A stretch of DNA of 39,236 bases. Source: Octopus bimaculoides (taxonomy: Eukaryota). Under the pieces are notes generated by a model. It did not search any database and was not told where the DNA came from. It worked only from the letters and a program-made list of their open reading frames with translations. The DNA is taken from contig NC_068984.1 of the NCBI RefSeq assembly GCF_001194135.2, positions 79,923,358 to 79,962,593 of the forward strand, in the 5' to 3' direction. Of this stretch, positions 23,474-33,357 are shown piece by piece. Position numbers and translations under genes: made by a program. Each line of letters begins with the position of its first letter. Position 1 is the stretch's first letter.

Positions 23474-23835
23474 AGAGCATTCAGAGAGCACAAACCTCTG
23501 CCAAGGCAACACCAACATCCTCTTAATGATTAGCCAGAGATGATTTTTAAAATGAGAATATCTGAAATAAACTCGACAGCTCTCATAAATGAGAATACTA
23601 AAAATGAACCTGACTGCTCACAAAAATTAAGTAAAACAACCGGAAAAATAATCCAGAATCCTTGTCTGGTACCGGATCAATCTTAAAATCTAATCTGTCC
23701 ATGCCAGTCATGAGGCCAAACATCCCTGAAAGTTTCATCTGAATCCATCCAGCTGTTCTTGAGATATCTTGTCCATGGACAAGCAAACAAACACTACAGA
23801 AAATAATACCTCCGCCTTCGCTAGGGCGGAGGTAA
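23474..23835 (-). mobile_element. DINE-1/HINE-like non-autonomous element (Helentron-associated architecture)
   Basis: Minus strand: 5' hairpin tacctccgcc/ggcggaggta (plus coordinates 23807-23834), tgtttgtttgcttgtc simple repeat, core, 3' subterminal copy ggcagaggt, short terminal hairpin gtgctctctgaatgctc; embedded in (AAT)n on both sides. Confidence 0.6.
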
Positions 23836-25612
23836 TAATAATAATAATAATAATAGCAACAATAATAATATGAGGAGATGCCTCCCTGGTTGCATGACCC
23901 TGACCATTTTCCACTTCCATTTATAATGGGAACAGGAGCTCAAAATGTTCACTTATGAAGTGCTTGTAAGCAACTCTAGTGATTTTATAGGTGAAAAAGG
24001 GCTATACCCAATGCTGGTGGCCAAGTATTCAGTGCCTTAGAGTTAATCTAAGGCACTGAATGTTTGACCTCCAGTATGCCCTCTTCTCTTTGCCCTACAA
24101 TGTGCACTTCCTCTCATCGTGCTGCAATGTGCTTCCCTATTTTCTCAGCCCTACATTGTGCACCACTTTTAACAATTATCCCAGCAATCACATTCTTTAC
24201 ATCAGCTGAAAAATGTAATGGAAATTAACATAATTAGCTTGTGCACAACAAACCTGTAGCATCATTATCACGCATATTACTAATTAAATCTGTTTTCTGA
24301 CAAAATTATAAATGCTTCATATCAAATTGTTTGACAAGTAATCAGACCACAAAACCATTTCTTCTTCCAATCCTGTTCACCATCCTCTTCTAGTTTGAGA
24401 TTGACCATTCCTGCTAGTTTTCAGTTCTGAGTTTTTAGGTGGATTGAGAAATTTTCTGAAAGTTGGTCAGAATTTGAGTGGCACCCCTAAATTTCAAAAC
24501 CCTAACCATTTGTCCTGTTTGCTTAACTGTAACATCAGGTTTGTTCATAACCTCCTGGAAGTTAACGTATGAATTAACTCAAAACATTTGAAAATTCTGT
24601 CCCAGCAAGGCTGAAATCAGCAAATGCATTATAACAAATATACTTTTATTAGTAACTATTTATAAATTTAGTTTTCATTTGTTACTGGTAAATTTACATT
24701 ATTGCTTGTAATATATATTAAGAGTATGTAGTGTTTTCATTATTAACTTTTGAATAATGAAATATTGTATTTCACTCATAATTATTATATTATTCATTAA
24801 ATTCAGTCGTGTTTTTGTTTTGGAGAGAATTGAAATAAAGCTTCCATTTTCTGTTATTATAGTAGTAACTATGCAAGACTGGTGGGATTATTATTTGTAT
24901 GGACTTAAAGATTGGTCACTACTTAGTATATAATTTAGTTATTGTAGGTTTATTATTAATACAAATACAGTACATAGATTTATGTGTTTCTTGCTGTAGT
25001 TTAATTTTAAAGTTAGTGTTTAATCCTACCTATATTTGATTGAATTCTGTTGTACACAGGGTAAATGTGTTTGAAAGTTACATGTTTTGTTTTTTGGTAA
25101 GTTTTTTCCCAAACAGTACTTCTTTTAGTGCTGTTGACACCACCAGATTGAATGGTACTGCCCAGGTGTTGAAACCATAATGATATCTGTTAGGCAGCTG
25201 ATGATGGAGGTATGTTGGATTGTTTGTATGGCTCTTTGTGTATATGTGGAATAGTGTTATAACACTATAAGTTGACTGAGTGTTGAAATCATAATTATTG
25301 AAAAAAAAGAAATAGTTTTTTATTTTCACTAACAATTCTCCAAAGCAGAAATGTCAAGGTTGCACCTCCTGATGAAAAGGATTGGCCTGCAAAAGTTCTG
25401 TGCTGATGACATAAAAGGCAGTCATGCTGGCACCATGTTAAAAGCAGCCAGCGCACACTGTAAAGTATTTGGCATTAGGAAGGGCATTGAGCCATAGAAA
25501 TCAAGCTGAATTAGACTGGAACCTGCTGCAGCTCTCTAGCTTGCTAGCTCTGATCAAACTGTCCAGCCCATGCCAGCATGGAAAATGGATGTTAGAGTGG
25601 GAGGAGGAGGAT

Positions 25613-25815
25613 AGCCAAATTTGGTTCCAAACTTAAGTAGTTGAACAGGAAAGTCAAATAGTCAATTATTACAACCTCGGTACTTGAAGGTTTTCTTTTT
25701 ATTGATCTCAGAAGAATAAATGATAAAGGAGACCGCAGTGTGAATTGAAATCATAACGTGAAGAGATGCAACTAAATATTACTTGCCATTTTATCCACTG
25801 CTGCAGCAAATCTGA
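25613..25815 (-). mobile_element. Decayed SINE family C
   Basis: Colinear with 23040-23253. Confidence 0.7.
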
Positions 25816-26204
25816 CAATAATATACAGTAAAATTCTGTAATAAATCTGACTATTCTGAAGAAAAATAAGCCCGTAAAATATAACTAGTAAGCTGGATAT
25901 AAAAAAAAAAAAACTTCCTTAAGCAGAAATGTGCAAATGTACATTAAAATGATACAACTATGTATTAAAAAAGGCAGACCTCAATTTCTTGTCCCAAAAT
26001 CTGAAATTACCAATAGATTGCATTTAAAAGTCAACCATGTTTTTTCATAAGTATCAGGTTTATATTTGTGATTTAAATTACTGCAATAATCCAATCCTAC
26101 ATTTAAATGTTGCAGTAAATTTAGAAATTTGTTTTCGTTTTTCATTTCCATGTTCAATTCAGAGATTTTGTCTTGCCTTGCAAGTTTCTTGATAATTTCA
26201 CTAG

Positions 26205-26457
26205 TGTTAATACCTAGTAAAATGCACCCAGTATGTTCTGCAAAGTGGTTGGCATTAAGAAGAGCATCTGGTCATAAAAACTATGCCAAGGCTGACATTT
26301 GTGCTTAGGGCAGTCCTCTGGCTCAATAGCCTCTGTTGAACTGTCCAACCCATTCCAGCATGGGAAAAAAAACAGATGTTAAATGATGATAATGATGATG
26401 ATGAGAATGATGATGTTGATTATGATGACAATGATGATGATGGTGATGATGATGATG
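26205..26457 (+). mobile_element. Decayed RTE-tail element with degenerate (GAT)n tail
   Basis: aaagtggttggcattaagaagagcatctgg...ccaacccattccagcatgg...gatgttaaatgatgat. Confidence 0.75.
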
Positions 26458-26717
26458 TATATTTTAATGTCATTTTGCTATGCAGTTATTTCTCTTGGAC
26501 TATAGACCACAAGGTCATAAGTTCAACTCCTATGAAAACTAGTATGATCTACTCATAGGCAGGTTGTGTAATTTGCTCACTCTAGTTTGCATCATTTACA
26601 AAAAAAGTAAAAAATATTCCTGTTCAGCTTTTATTCCAATCTTCAGCAGTCATTGATAGGAAGACCATTTGTTTGACTATTCTGTGCCATTTAGCACATT
26701 AGTCCATCCACACCTAC

Positions 26718-27000
26718 AATTATCATCACCATCATCATTGTCATCATCATCATCATCTGTTAATGTCTGCATTCCATATTGGCATGGTTTAAATGGTTTG
26801 ACAGGAGCCGACCAGGCAGGAGCCGACCAGGCAGGAGCCTGCACCATACTTCTGTGTTTTTACAGCTGGATACCCTTCCTCACACCAGCCACCCAGCAGA
26901 GTGGACTGAGTGCTTTTTACATGGCACAAGCACAGACAAGGTGAGTTTGGCATGGTTTTTTACAGTGTTGACTGAAGTAGCACCAGCACTGGCAGGGTCA
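26718..27000 (-). mobile_element. Decayed RTE-tail element containing a perfect 15-bp tandem repeat
   Basis: (ATC)n, then ttacagctggatacccttcctcacaccagccac; caggagccgaccagg x2.5 at 26802-26839. Confidence 0.75.
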
Positions 27001-27127
27001 TCAAGTAACTTGCAATACAGAGATCCCTTGAGAGGGGAGGGGGCATTGGAGGAGATGGTTGTTTTTTTTTGTTTTGGTTCTTTTTGTGGTACATTAAATG
27101 AGAACTGATTGTTAACCATGAGCTCAT

Positions 27128-27400
27128 GGGTAAAGGGTTAAGACCCCCTTCGGTCATAAATGACCATGGGATTGCACCTAGAAAGTTACCCTCCAAAGCA
27201 CAAGTCCAAGCAAGGTTATCTATGGAAGCCCAGCAGTTGCCCATGCATACCAGCTTCCCTTTTCCTCACCACTGACGTTATCCAAGGGGAAGGCAAAGGC
27301 TGATACATCTTGGCACCAGTGATGCGCAACTCATTTCTACAGCTGAGTGAATTGGAGCAACGTGAAATTAAGTGTCTTGCTCAAGAACACAGCTCACAGC
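27128..27400 (-). mobile_element. SINE family B (head truncated)
   Basis: Reverse complement aligns to 19260-19510. Confidence 0.8.
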
Positions 27401-27523
27401 CTGAACCTCCTCCATTGCATGGAGAAAAAAAGGAACTCTGAGTGTTCCTGCCTTGTCGTGACCCTTTCACAGCATACAATTGCTTATTCTGAAAGAATGT
27501 GATAAAGAGAGAGTGGGGCTGAC

Positions 27524-27526
<3 letters not shown>

Positions 27527-27569
<43 letters not shown>

Positions 27570-27720
27570 AGAAGGACTAGGAGAAAGAACAAGAGTAAGA
27601 CTGGAGAGAGAGAGAGTGGAAGGGGTAGGAGAAAGAACAAAAGAGAGGTTGGAGGGAGAGAGAGGGTAGGAGGAATAACAAGAGTGAGACTGTGGAAAGA
27701 GAGAGAGAGAGAGAAAAGAA
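27527..27720. repeat. (GA)n and GA-rich purine tract
   Basis: Direct; gactaggagaaagaacaa is repeated inside. Confidence 0.9.
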
Positions 27721-28640
27721 TTGACCCAAGTATTGATTTATAAAAACAATAGCTTAATCAGAAAATTATCCTGCTGGAAGAAATAGACATAAATATTCCA
27801 GTTAGCTTAAAACAAAATGTGAATTTATATTTTCTTTCATTCTTTTACTGCTCCCGTTAGTTTCTCTGTCTTTCTCTACTTTTTCCTCTGTCTTTCTGGC
27901 CACCCGCCTGTATACCTGCCTGTCTTTCTCTCTCAATACCTAAAAAAGAAAAGAGAAAAGAGCCAAATGTAGCATATAATTATTTCTCCACATCTTCGTA
28001 TTTCTATCAGTTGTGTGTGTGTATGTATGCGTGCATGTGTGAATAAATTTGTAAATGGATTTCCATTGGACTTGGTGATAAATATTCTTGTCGTTTGATC
28101 AACTGAATCGTTAACTCATTGAATAAGAGCTAAAGAAGTATCTGATTATTCCAACAATACTTGTATATTTAAAACAACCATTGAGCAAAATCAGCATCAT
28201 GCAGGATGACTCCATGGAATTACAGGTACAGATTACAATATATTTACCTCTAACCAATTTTACTCACATGGCATGGTAATAACCTAAGGCTATTGTAAAA
28301 TCCAAAACACCCAAACTTCCCTGTAGTGGGATTGAACTTCAAACTTCATAATTGTAAAGTAAACTTTTTTAACCACTCAGGCATGCCTGAGTCTAGGTAT
28401 AATAAGACTAAAATACTTCTGGTATTCTTACTAGCCACTGCTGGGATGATCTTAGTCTCCTCCTAATATATACTGCATTTATAAACACACCGTTTTCATA
28501 AGAGATGTTGTCTCTGGATGAATATCACAGTAAATTTGCCTTTCAGTGACGTATTTACATTAAGTATGATACATTAATTGTTACTGTAATTCAATACTGC
28601 TTCTATTGTAGATCACGGATAAATGTGTATATATATATAA

Positions 28641-28800
28641 GGCATAGGTGTGGCTGTGTAAGAAGCTTGCTTTCCAACCACATGGTTCCAGGTTCAGTCC
28701 CACTGCATGACATTTTGGGCAAGTGCATTCTACTGACCAAAGCCTTGTGAGTGGATTTGCTAGATGCAAACTGAAAGTCTATTGTATATATATATATGTG
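28641..28800 (+). mobile_element. Partial SINE family A
   Basis: 5' half only; ends in (TA)/(TG). Confidence 0.8.
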
Positions 28801-28885
28801 TGTGTATGTGTGTGTGTGTGTGAATGTGCGTATATAAATATATAATGCATGTATACATGCATATATATATATATATATAGGCACA

Positions 28886-29056
28886 GGAGTGGCTGTGTGA
28901 TAAGAAGCTTGCTTCCCAACCAGATGGTTCTAAGTTCAGTCCTACTGCATGGCACCTTGGGCAAGTGTCTTCTACTATAGCCTCAGACTGACCAAAACCT
29001 TGTGAGTGGATTTGCTTGATAGAAACTGAAAGAAGCTTGTTGTATATGTATATATG

Positions 29057-29089
<33 letters not shown>

Positions 29090-29306
29090 CTGTCTGTCTG
29101 TCTGTCTTTGTCCCCCTAACTTCACTTGACAACTGATGTTGGTGTGTTTATGTTCCCGTAACTTAGCAGTTCAGCAAAAGAGTTTGATAAAATAAGTACT
29201 AGGCTTACAAAGAATAAGCCCCAGGGTCAATTTGATCAATTGACTAGAGGCTGTGCACCAGCATGGCCACAGTCAAATGACTGAAACAAGTAAAAGAATA
29301 AAAGAA
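28886..29306 (+). mobile_element. tRNA-derived SINE family A
   Basis: Full length, colinear with 1372-1756. Confidence 0.9.
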
Positions 29307-29800
29307 TACATACATATTACACATATATATACATATACGTATGTATATATATACATAAATACATACACACGCACACATATACATGTATGTGTAAATATAT
29401 ACACGTCTATATATATATATATAATTATGTGTATTTCTTCTATCTTAATGAATAAAAATTCTTCTGATAGAATAAATGGGTTAATAGAAACCAATGTAGC
29501 AAAGAACACAAAATAACTGTGGTTTAGTTCCTGTTTTTAAGGCAGGAACTCATATATATATATATATATATATATAACGCCAGTGTTTTAATGGTGGCAG
29601 CTGATGAAGGATATGTTCTCTATGTGGCCTGCATGTTTTTTGTACCTTGTTTATCTTTTTGTCCATGTTTTTTTGCAACGTCATGTACCCAGATATGTTT
29701 CTATATGTACATGTAGATGAAGGTATCTACATACATGTACATATATATATGCATATACTCATATATTATTTGTATACATATATATATTTATATACTACAG

Positions 29801-29966
29801 TCTCTGAGTGGTTGGCGTTAGGAAGGGTATCCAGCTGTAGAAACTCTGCCAAATCAGATTGGAGGCTGGTGCTGCCATCTGGTTTCACCAGTCCTCAGTC
29901 AAATCGTCCAACCCATGCTAGCATGGAAAGCGGACGTTAAACGATGATGATGATGATGATGATGAT
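29801..29966 (+). mobile_element. Young RTE-tail element
   Basis: Last ~70 bp identical by eye to 2260-2328; (GAT)n tail. Confidence 0.85.
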
Positions 29967-30039
29967 ACACATACAAGCATACATGCATGCGCACATTCAC
30001 TTCTATTTTCTTTTTTGTAATATTTATTCACCTGTATCA

Positions 30040-30165
30040 CAGATCATCATCATAGCTGTCGACGTCGTCTTCATCATCATCATCATCATCATTGTCGTCA
30101 TCATCGTCATCATAATCATCATCATCATCATCGTCATCATCGTCATCATCGATCATCATTATCAA
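30040..30165. repeat. Degenerate (ATC/GTC)n
   Basis: Direct. Confidence 0.9.
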
Positions 30166-30169
30166 CTGA

Positions 30170-30410
30170 AAGTACTTTTCCCTCCCAGTGCATTCCTGAT
30201 AATCTATTCTTACCAGTACACGTATCTTTCTTTACTGTCTTCAGCCAATGTCGTATGATGGTTCAGTTCGTTAAATTTTCAACTTGTCCTCAGCTTTCCT
30301 CATAAATTAAGATTAGCCAACCTCCAGCAATTCATATCTACCTCATTTCTCGGCAATTGTTCATGATATGTTGCAAATCACTGTCCATATTTCACTGCAG
30401 ATACATCATC
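30170..30410 (-). mobile_element. Possible ancient non-LTR RT C-terminal fragment
   Basis: Minus strand gives YG...EVDMNCWRLANL, resembling the LYGxETW...FEMxCxR thumb region; heavily decayed. Confidence 0.3.
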
Positions 30411-30474
30411 ATTATCATCGTCTTATTTCATACACATGCCTCATGAAATCTTTCTCCCATATTTGAGAAGAAAC

Positions 30475-30746
30475 AACGAGAGAGAGGGAGAGAGGGAGAG
30501 GGAGAGAGAAACAGACAGAAAGACAGACAAAGACAGAGAGAGGGGGTAGGGAGATAGATATGCAAGAGAGAGAGAAAGTTGGAGAGAGACAGAGAAGGAT
30601 AAATTCTGAGAGAGAGAGAGAGTGAAAGTGGGAGAGAGAGAGAGAAAGTTAGAGAGAGTGAGAGAGGGAGAGAGAAAGTGGGAGAGAGATTACAATGAGA
30701 TAGAGAGCAAGCAAGGAGGAGAGACAGAGAAGGACAAATTGTGAGA

Positions 30747-30809
<63 letters not shown>

Positions 30810-31040
30810 ATAGAAATAGAAATGAGAGATAGAGCAAGCAAGAAGGAGAAGGAGAGAGAGATAGATTGTGTGTGTGCGTGAGAGAGAGAGAGGGATAAAT
30901 TGTGTGTGAGAGAGAGGTATAAATTGTGAGAAAGAGAGAGGGGGATAAATTGTGAGAGAAAGAGAGAAAGTGGGTGAGAGAGAGAAAGTAGGAGAGAGAA
31001 AGAAAAAGAAAGAATGGAGGAGAGAAAAAGAGAGAAATCA
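30475..31040. repeat. ~560-bp GA-rich compound micro/minisatellite
   Basis: (GA)n interspersed with recurring ataaattgtg, gagatagagcaagcaag and gagagacagagaagga motifs. Confidence 0.9.
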
Positions 31041-31456
31041 TGTTAAGTTAACTGTATTAGCAACATACCACAATGGTGTACATATAAATGATTAGGCTAC
31101 ATGTTACTACATGTTACTGCTTCTTGAATTTGATTTGAATCACTTGCTACTTTTTCTTTTATACATTAAAAGAAATAGATTTATTTTCACTAGCAATTCT
31201 CCATAGCAGATGTGTCAAGGCTGCACATCCTGATGAAAAGGATTGGCCTGCAAAAGTCCTGCGCCAATGCTGCATAAAAGGCAGTCATGCTGGCACCATG
31301 TAAAAGCACTCATGCCAGTGCCATATTAAAAGCATCTGGCACACACTGTAAAGTGGTTGGCATTAGGAAGGGCACTGACCCATAGAAACCAAGCTAGATT
31401 AGACTGGAACCTGATGCAGCTCTCTGGCTTGCTAGCTCTGATCAAACTGTCCAGCC

Positions 31457-31995
31457 TGCAAAATTTTTTTTCCTACGAGAGTTCCAGACCCCAGTAATGA
31501 ACTCATTTGCATACAACTAATCAGAATGAACTTACCTTTGACCTTGCTGTCAAGTTAACAAACACACTCTACCAAGTAAACTCAAAATGGAAAACGATGT
31601 TGTAAGTCGACCAATCACCAAGTTTTGCCTGATTTTAGAAGGAGACAAATAATTAGATAGATTTGCATCTATACCTATTATTGGATTTTGTTAGGGCCCC
31701 ATATGGTAAAGATGTGGATGGGGAAAATGTGGATAGAAGGTGATGTGCTAGCAACCCTCTCCCCTCACTGTTTTAGAAAGTAAACAACACAAAGCCATGG
31801 TTGAAGCAAGAACAAGGATGAGAGGCATTATTAAAAGAGAAAAGAAGCATGGTCATTCCTTACCAAAGTGACCTTATCTTATTGCCCATTACTTGTTATG
31901 CACTCATAAATGAGTTTGATAGTTGAGCTCTGATTGGCTGTATGCAAATGAGTTCATAACCAGGGTCCAGAACTCTTGTGGGAAAAGAAATTTCG
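31457..31995. mobile_element. 539-bp non-autonomous DNA transposon with ~68-bp imperfect TIRs and 8-9 bp TSD
   Basis: TIRs 31457-31525 and 31929-31995 share atgaactcatttgcataca exactly; tgtccagcc duplicated at 31448-31456 and 31996-32004; an uninterrupted related sequence lies at 25556-25593. Confidence 0.85.
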
Positions 31996-32246
31996 TGTCC
32001 AGCCCATGCCAGCATGTAAAATGGATGTTCTCCTTTAGCATTTATTCTTCTGAGATCAATAAAATGAGAACCTTCAAGTACCGAGGATGTGATATTTGAC
32101 TGTTTGACTTTCCCTGTTCAAGTGACAGTTTAAGTTCAGAGCCGAATTTGGCTATCTGCCTCTTCCTTCTCCTCCACCTACTTTAAAACTGTTTCTTTTA
32201 TTGCTTTTGAAATGTTTATTTTTAAAGTAAAGAAAACTAAGGAATA

Positions 32247-32475
32247 TTGGTTCCAAATTTTGGCATAAAGTCAGCAAGTTTGAGCAAGGGGGTAAATGGT
32301 AAATTGATTATATCATCAACCCCAGTATTTAACTGGCACTTATAATATTATTGCCCCACCAAAAGGATGAAAGGTGAAGTAGACCTCAGTGGAATTCGAA
32401 TTCAGATCGTAAAGACAGATGAAATACTGCTAAGCATTTTATCTTGTGTGCTAACAATTCTTCCAACTTGCCTCC
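32247..32475 (-). mobile_element. SINE family C
   Basis: Colinear with 23040-23253. Confidence 0.8.
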
Positions 32476-32539
32476 TTAGTAATGAATATTAGAAAGTTGT
32501 AATTTATTTGGAAACAAGGGAGGGCTAGCAACAGAGAGA

Positions 32540-32790
32540 GCACTCACACAGAGAAAAATTGCCTCAGTAAGACTTGTCTAACCCATACTAACATAGAAAA
32601 TATAGATGTTAAATAATGATGATCATCATCATCAATGTCATCTTCTACATCAGCTTTCCATGCTAGTTTGAGTAAAATGATTGAACAAGATTCAATGGAC
32701 CACAGGACTATATCTTCTTTCAATGTCTTATTTTTGGCATGGTTTCTATGCCTGGAAGCTCTTCTTACCACCAACCACTTTATGGTGTTC
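32540..32790. mobile_element. Two tail-to-tail decayed RTE-tail fragments sharing a (GAT)/(ATC) junction
   Basis: acccatactaacatagaaaatatagatgttaaataatgatgat, followed by catcatcatc...ctttccatgctag...ttggcatggtttctatgcctggaagctcttcttaccaccaaccac. Confidence 0.6.
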
Positions 32791-32894
32791 TGACTTCCTT
32801 TTTCTTTTTTGCTGTCACCAGCAGTGTGAGGGATACCTTACAGCTTGCAAAGCGAAGAAGGACATCTCATAATGAAAAGGAGCAGATATATGTA

Positions 32895-32919
32895 TGTGTG
32901 TTTGTAATATGTGTGTGGG

Positions 32920-32988
<69 letters not shown>

Positions 32989-32996
32989 ATATGTAT
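32895..32996. repeat. (TA)n microsatellite
   Basis: Direct. Confidence 0.95.
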
Positions 32997-33178
32997 GTAG
33001 TTGAAATTTACAAAAAACAGACAAAACAAAAGATGAAGACGGGTGTGTAAACAACAAATAGATGTATTAATTTAACGCTCTGGAAGTAAGAAAGTCTTTT
33101 ATGTTTCAAGCCTACGCTCTTTAATAGAAAGGAACTCAGAAATAAACAGAGAGAGAAGATAAAAAAGGTTTAGTGGCT
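32997..33178 (-). mobile_element. Short repeat element flanked by (TA)n, possibly a PLE-derived pLTR remnant
   Basis: Minus strand contains a decayed hammerhead-like layout (see findings). Family assignment is recall and inference. Confidence 0.35.
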
Positions 33179-33321
33179 ATATATGTATATATATGTGTAT
33201 ATATATATATTTATGTATGTATATATGTGTGTATGTATGTATATTTCTATATGTATATATGTATGTATATATATGTATGTGTCTATGTATATATATTTAT
33301 GTATGCATGTATATATGTATG

Positions 33322-33356
<35 letters not shown>

Positions 33357-33357
33357 T
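33178..33357. repeat. Degenerate (TA)/(TATG)/(TG) microsatellite
   Basis: Direct. Confidence 0.95.

Noticed and set aside
24322-24408. Minus-strand mini-ORF MVNLKLEEDGEQDWKKKWFCGLITCQTI
   Set aside because: 28 aa, weak acceptor, no recognisable family.
25369-25400. CTGATGA followed by agg-attgg-cct (also 31230 and a similar motif at 29601) as a hammerhead
   Set aside because: GAAA is replaced by GCAAA/GCAT and no convincing stem I or III; at most a remote relic.
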